A stretch of 64,000 bases of DNA. It comes from Acidobacteriota bacterium. Its GTDB lineage: Bacteria; Acidobacteriota; UBA4820; DSQY01. The notes under the pieces were generated by a model. It worked only from the letters and a program-made list of their open reading frames with translations. It was not told the DNA's origin and did no database searches. The stretch lies in NCBI GenBank assembly GCA_049967655.1, contig JBMFSH010000002.1, positions 1-64,000 of the forward strand, in the 5' to 3' direction. The position numbers and the translations under genes are program-made. Positions 60,733-64,000 of this stretch are shown here, piece after piece; the stretch's first letter is position 1; every line of letters begins with the position of its first letter.

Positions 60733-60774
60733 GTCGGACTCCTTGTCCCAAAGTCTCGTCTGTACTGGGAAACG

Positions 60775-60924
60775 ACTGCGGGGCGGGTCCTTTGGCAACC
60801 CTCCTTTCCGGTAACCGGGCCCCCGAGTCCGGCTCAACCAACCGTTCTCAGATCGTCGCGGTACAGGTCCACTTCGGGGCGGGTCCTATGGCAAGCCTCC
60901 TTTCCCGGTAACCGGGCCCCCGAG
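60775..60924 (-). repeat. Tandem 53/54-nt direct repeat in the cytochrome 5' region (candidate cis-regulatory element)
   Basis: 60775-60827 and 60871-60924 differ by 3 substitutions and 1 indel. Confidence 0.85.
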
Positions 60925-61016
60925 GTATTGCAAGATGAAATACTCGGCAAAAGGTAACAGGCGGGCGCCGGCCGGTAGCCGGCCCCAGTCCGGCGAGATA
61001 GGGGCTCGAGGCCGAG

Positions 61017-61044
61017 AAAAGGGCCCGGCGTTTCCGCCGGGCCC
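61017..61044 (-). terminator. Intrinsic terminator after aldehyde dehydrogenase
   Basis: GGGCCCGGCG-loop-CGCCGGGCCC followed by TTTT on the minus strand. Confidence 0.7.
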
Positions 61045-61150
61045 ACCGTCATCGGGGCAGGAACGCTCTGGGAGCGGGAGCTCCGCCAGAAGCGAAAGGT
61101 CCCCCTCGCTCAGCCCTCGGGTTCTTTCCTCCCAGGCCCCGACCTTGCCG

Positions 61151-62665
61151 CTACTCCACCTTGACGATGGCGTCCGTGTCGATCTGGGCGCGCTGTAGGC
61201 TTCCAGAAAAGTCCACGTAGACGGCCTTCCACTCGGAGAAGAGGTCCAGGGCCTCCTTGCCGCCTTCTCGGTGGCCGTTGCCGGTCTGCTTCACGCCGCC
61301 AAAGGGCAGGTGATTCTCGGCGCCGATGGTGGGGGCGTTGACGTAGAAAAGACCGGTGTGTACGTCGCGCATGGCCGCGAAGGCCTTGTTCACGTCCTGA
61401 GTGTAGATGGCACCCGAGAGACCGTAGGCGCAGTCGTTCTGAAGCGCGATGCCCTCCTCGAAGGTATTGAAGGGCACCACCGAGAGGACCGGACCAAAGA
61501 TCTCCTCCTTGAAGATGCGCATGGACGGCTTCACGTCGGCGAAGATGGTCGGCTCCAGGAAGAAGCCCTTGGCGTAGGACTTGCCTGTGAGCCGCTTCCC
61601 ACCGCAGAGGAGCTTGGCGCCCTCCTTCTTTCCGATGGCAATGTATTCCAGATCGGTGTTGAGCTGGGCCTCATCCACCGCCGGGCCCATCTCCACGCTC
61701 TCGTCCAGGCCGTTGCCGATCTTGAGGGCCTTAGCGCGCTTGACCAGGGCGTCGAGGAACTTCTTGTAGATCCCCTTTTGAACGAGACATCGGCTCGTGG
61801 CCGTGCAGCGCTGTCCGGTGGTGCCGAAGGCGCCCCAGAGCACCCCGTCCACGGCCAGGTCCAGGTTGGCGTCGTCCATAACGATGACGGCGTTCTTCCC
61901 GCCCATCTCCAGACCCACGCGCTTGAAGTCCTTGGCGCAGGCGAGATTGATCTGACGCCCCACGTCGGTGGAGCCCGTGAAGGAGACGAGGGACACGTCG
62001 GGGTGTTCGCAGAGGGGGTTACCCACCTTCCGGCCGGAGCCGGTGACGTAGTTGACCACGCCCTTGGGGAAGCCCACCTCCTCGGCGCCCTTGACGAGGT
62101 TCCAGACGGTCAGCGGTGTGAGGGTGGCCGGTTTGATCACGACCGTGTTTCCGCACACCAGTGCCGGCATCATCTTCCAGGTCGGGATGGCCATGGGAAA
62201 GTTCCAGGGCGTGATGAGGGCGCAGACGCCGATGGGCTGGCGGACCGCCATGGCGAACTTGTTGGGAAGCTCGCTCGGGGTGGTTTCGCCGTACATGCGG
62301 CGTCCCTCGCCTGCCATGAAGAGGGCCATGTCGATGCCCTCCTGCACATCGCCGCGGGTCTCGGTGAGGATCTTCCCCATCTCCCGGGTGGCGTCATGGG
62401 CCAGCCGCTCCTTGTTCTCCTTGAGCCAGAGGCCGAGTTTCATGACCAGCTCGGCGCGCTTGGGCGCGGGCACCAAGCGCCACCTCTGGAAGGCCGCCTT
62501 GGCAGCCGCCACGGCGGCGTTCACGTCGCGCTCGTCGCTGTCCTGAAAGTACCCGATCACATCGTCGGTATCGGCGGGGTTGACGTTCGCGAAGGTCTTC
62601 CGGGTGGCCGAGGCGACCCACTCCCCGTTGATGTAATTTTTATAGACCGTCGGTTTCTTGGCCAT
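61151..62665 (-). CDS. Aldehyde dehydrogenase family protein
   Basis: ITPWNFP, FTGS, LEMGGKN, GQRCT, EEIFGP, PFGG.K.TG. Confidence 0.95.
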   Translation of the reverse strand: MAKKPTVYKNYINGEWVASATRKTFANVNPADTDDVIGYFQDSDERDVNAAVAAAKAAFQRWRLVPAPKRAELVMKLGLWLKENKERLAHDATREMGKILTETRGDVQEGIDMALFMAGEGRRMYGETTPSELPNKFAMAVRQPIGVCALITPWNFPMAIPTWKMMPALVCGNTVVIKPATLTPLTVWNLVKGAEEVGFPKGVVNYVTGSGRKVGNPLCEHPDVSLVSFTGSTDVGRQINLACAKDFKRVGLEMGGKNAVIVMDDANLDLAVDGVLWGAFGTTGQRCTATSRCLVQKGIYKKFLDALVKRAKALKIGNGLDESVEMGPAVDEAQLNTDLEYIAIGKKEGAKLLCGGKRLTGKSYAKGFFLEPTIFADVKPSMRIFKEEIFGPVLSVVPFNTFEEGIALQNDCAYGLSGAIYTQDVNKAFAAMRDVHTGLFYVNAPTIGAENHLPFGGVKQTGNGHREGGKEALDLFSEWKAVYVDFSGSLQRAQIDTDAIVKVE

Positions 62666-62711
62666 TTCATGCCTCCTCTTGGGATTGAACGAGCGCCATT
62701 ACGCAGGGGAG

Positions 62712-62740
62712 AGTCTATCAGCGGGCTTGCGGGGCGTCAA
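62712..62740 (-). promoter_or_regulatory. sigma70 promoter candidate for aldehyde dehydrogenase
   Basis: TTGACG-N17-TAGACT on the minus strand. Confidence 0.6.
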
Positions 62741-62847
62741 AGTGCCGAGGGGAAGGGGACAAGGGACAGGGGTTAAGGGAAGCAGCGGCAGTAGCCTCCT
62801 CTCGGAATCCCCTCATCCCCTCATTACGAATCCTCCGGCTCCAGAGG

Positions 62848-63576
62848 TCAGCGCGCCTCCAGCGTCTTCAGGGCCTCCTCCACGACCTCGTCCATCGCCT
62901 CCCCGGCCGGAAGCCTCCACGACCTCTGGCAGAGCTGGGAGAGCGGAGTGGCCTCGGGGTTCACCTCCCAGAGCGCGGCGCCGCAGGTTTCGGCCACCCT
63001 CGCTAGGCTCGCGGCGGGCTCCACCACCGCCGAGGTCCCCACGACCAGGAAAAGGGCGCAGTCCTGGGCCGCCGCCACGGACTTCGCCAGGACCTTTTCA
63101 GGAAGAAACTCGCCGAACCAGACCACGCACGGGCGCAGCAGGGCCCCGCAGGATCCGCAGCGTGGCGGCAGAGCGGGAAGGGGCACGGTCCGGTCCTCGG
63201 CCTCCGCGCCGCAGACGGTGCAGCGCAGGCGCCAGAGGCTTCCGTGAAGCTCCAGGACCTCCTGGCTCCCCGCGGCCTGGTGCAGGCCGTCCACGTTCTG
63301 GGTGATGAGGATGAGCCGGGGGCCGAGGCGCCGGCCCAGTTCCGCCAGCGCCCGATGGGCCGCATTGGGTTCGGCGCGCGCGGCCTGGTGCCGACGCGCC
63401 TCGTAGAAGCGCCACACCTTCAGGGGATCCTTGGCGAAAGCCTGGGGGGTGGCCACCGCCTGCACGGGCTCGTTCTCCCAGAGGCCGCCCCTTCCCCGAA
63501 ACGTCCCCAACCCGCTCTCTGCAGAGATCCCGGCGCCGGTCAGAACGACCAGCCGCCTCGCCTCAAGGGCCGCCAT
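62848..63576 (-). CDS. cobB: NAD-dependent protein deacylase (sirtuin)
   Basis: [40 protein letters not shown]. Confidence 0.93.
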   Translation of the reverse strand: MAALEARRLVVLTGAGISAESGLGTFRGRGGLWENEPVQAVATPQAFAKDPLKVWRFYEARRHQAARAEPNAAHRALAELGRRLGPRLILITQNVDGLHQAAGSQEVLELHGSLWRLRCTVCGAEAEDRTVPLPALPPRCGSCGALLRPCVVWFGEFLPEKVLAKSVAAAQDCALFLVVGTSAVVEPAASLARVAETCGAALWEVNPEATPLSQLCQRSWRLPAGEAMDEVVEEALKTLEAR

Positions 63577-64000
63577 GCCACGCCTCCCGGATGCGCAGGG
63601 CGCCGATGGGTCCCTCCCGGAGGACCACCGGTTCCTCGCCGGCGGCCGCGACCACCGTGGAGGGCAGGCCTCCCGGCGCCCTCCCGCCGTCCAGCACGAG
63701 GAGAGGGGCCCCCGGAAAGGCGCGAGCCACCGCCTGGGCATCGAGACAGGGCGGCTCACCGCTCAGGTTGGCGCTGGTCACCGCCAAGGGGTCCTCGGCC
63801 TTGGCGAGCAACCGCAGGGCAACGGGATGGTCGGGAACCCTCACGGCCAGCGTGGAGCCTCCGGGAGCGAACCAGGCCGGGCACCTGGGCGGCCTGGGGA
63901 GGACGAGGGTGAGGGGGCCGGGCCAGAAGGCGAGGGCCAGCCGCTCGGCCCCCCGGGAAAAGGGAAAGCCCCAGGCTCGAACCCGGGCCAGGCTGTCCAT
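63563..64000 (-). CDS. L-threonylcarbamoyladenylate synthase TsaC/Sua5 (5' end outside window)
   Basis: FWPGPLTLVL, AVRVPDHPVAL, TSANLSG, PSTVV, LREG. Confidence 0.88.
   Translation of the reverse strand: MDSLARVRAWGFPFSRGAERLALAFWPGPLTLVLPRPPRCPAWFAPGGSTLAVRVPDHPVALRLLAKAEDPLAVTSANLSGEPPCLDAQAVARAFPGAPLLVLDGGRAPGGLPSTVVAAAGEEPVVLREGPIGALRIREAWHGGP

Noticed and set aside
60775..60924. Possible CRISPR mini-array or sigma54 promoters (TGGCAA...)
   Set aside because: Only two 54-bp units and no cas genes. The TGGCA lacks a correctly spaced TTGC and faces away from the gene.

Overview
A high-GC bacterial chromosomal segment. The tig-clpP-clpX-lon-engB-rho order and diderm envelope genes are compatible with Acidobacteriota, which is inference only. 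The left half (about 5.1-32.6 kb) is an almost unbroken plus-strand metal/metalloid-thiol cluster: two ArsR regulators, two RND efflux systems, CMD, two FmdE proteins, two TauE/SafE, CDF, porin, ChrA, thioredoxins, CcdA, an ArsP-type permease and two PagL-like barrels. It includes a small thioredoxin-fold gene that appears to be a selenoprotein (in-frame UGA at a conserved Cys position plus a SECIS-like hairpin). The right half holds a dps-perR/fur-rubrerythrin-FeS oxidoreductase-DUF3501 oxidative-stress block, mltA, a MacAB-like ABC exporter, two tRNAs, the housekeeping protease/rho cluster, a secreted transglutaminase-like protein, a heptaheme cytochrome c, an aldehyde dehydrogenase, cobB and a partial tsaC/sua5. 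Non-coding highlights: three copies (one cut by the window edge) of a 260-bp MITE-like element with terminal inverted repeats and a 6-bp target duplication; a tandem 54-nt motif in the cytochrome leader; candidate FNR, PerR/Fur, ArsR and sigma54 sites; and several short-period intergenic repeats. All family calls come from motif recognition by eye, and no database search was run.
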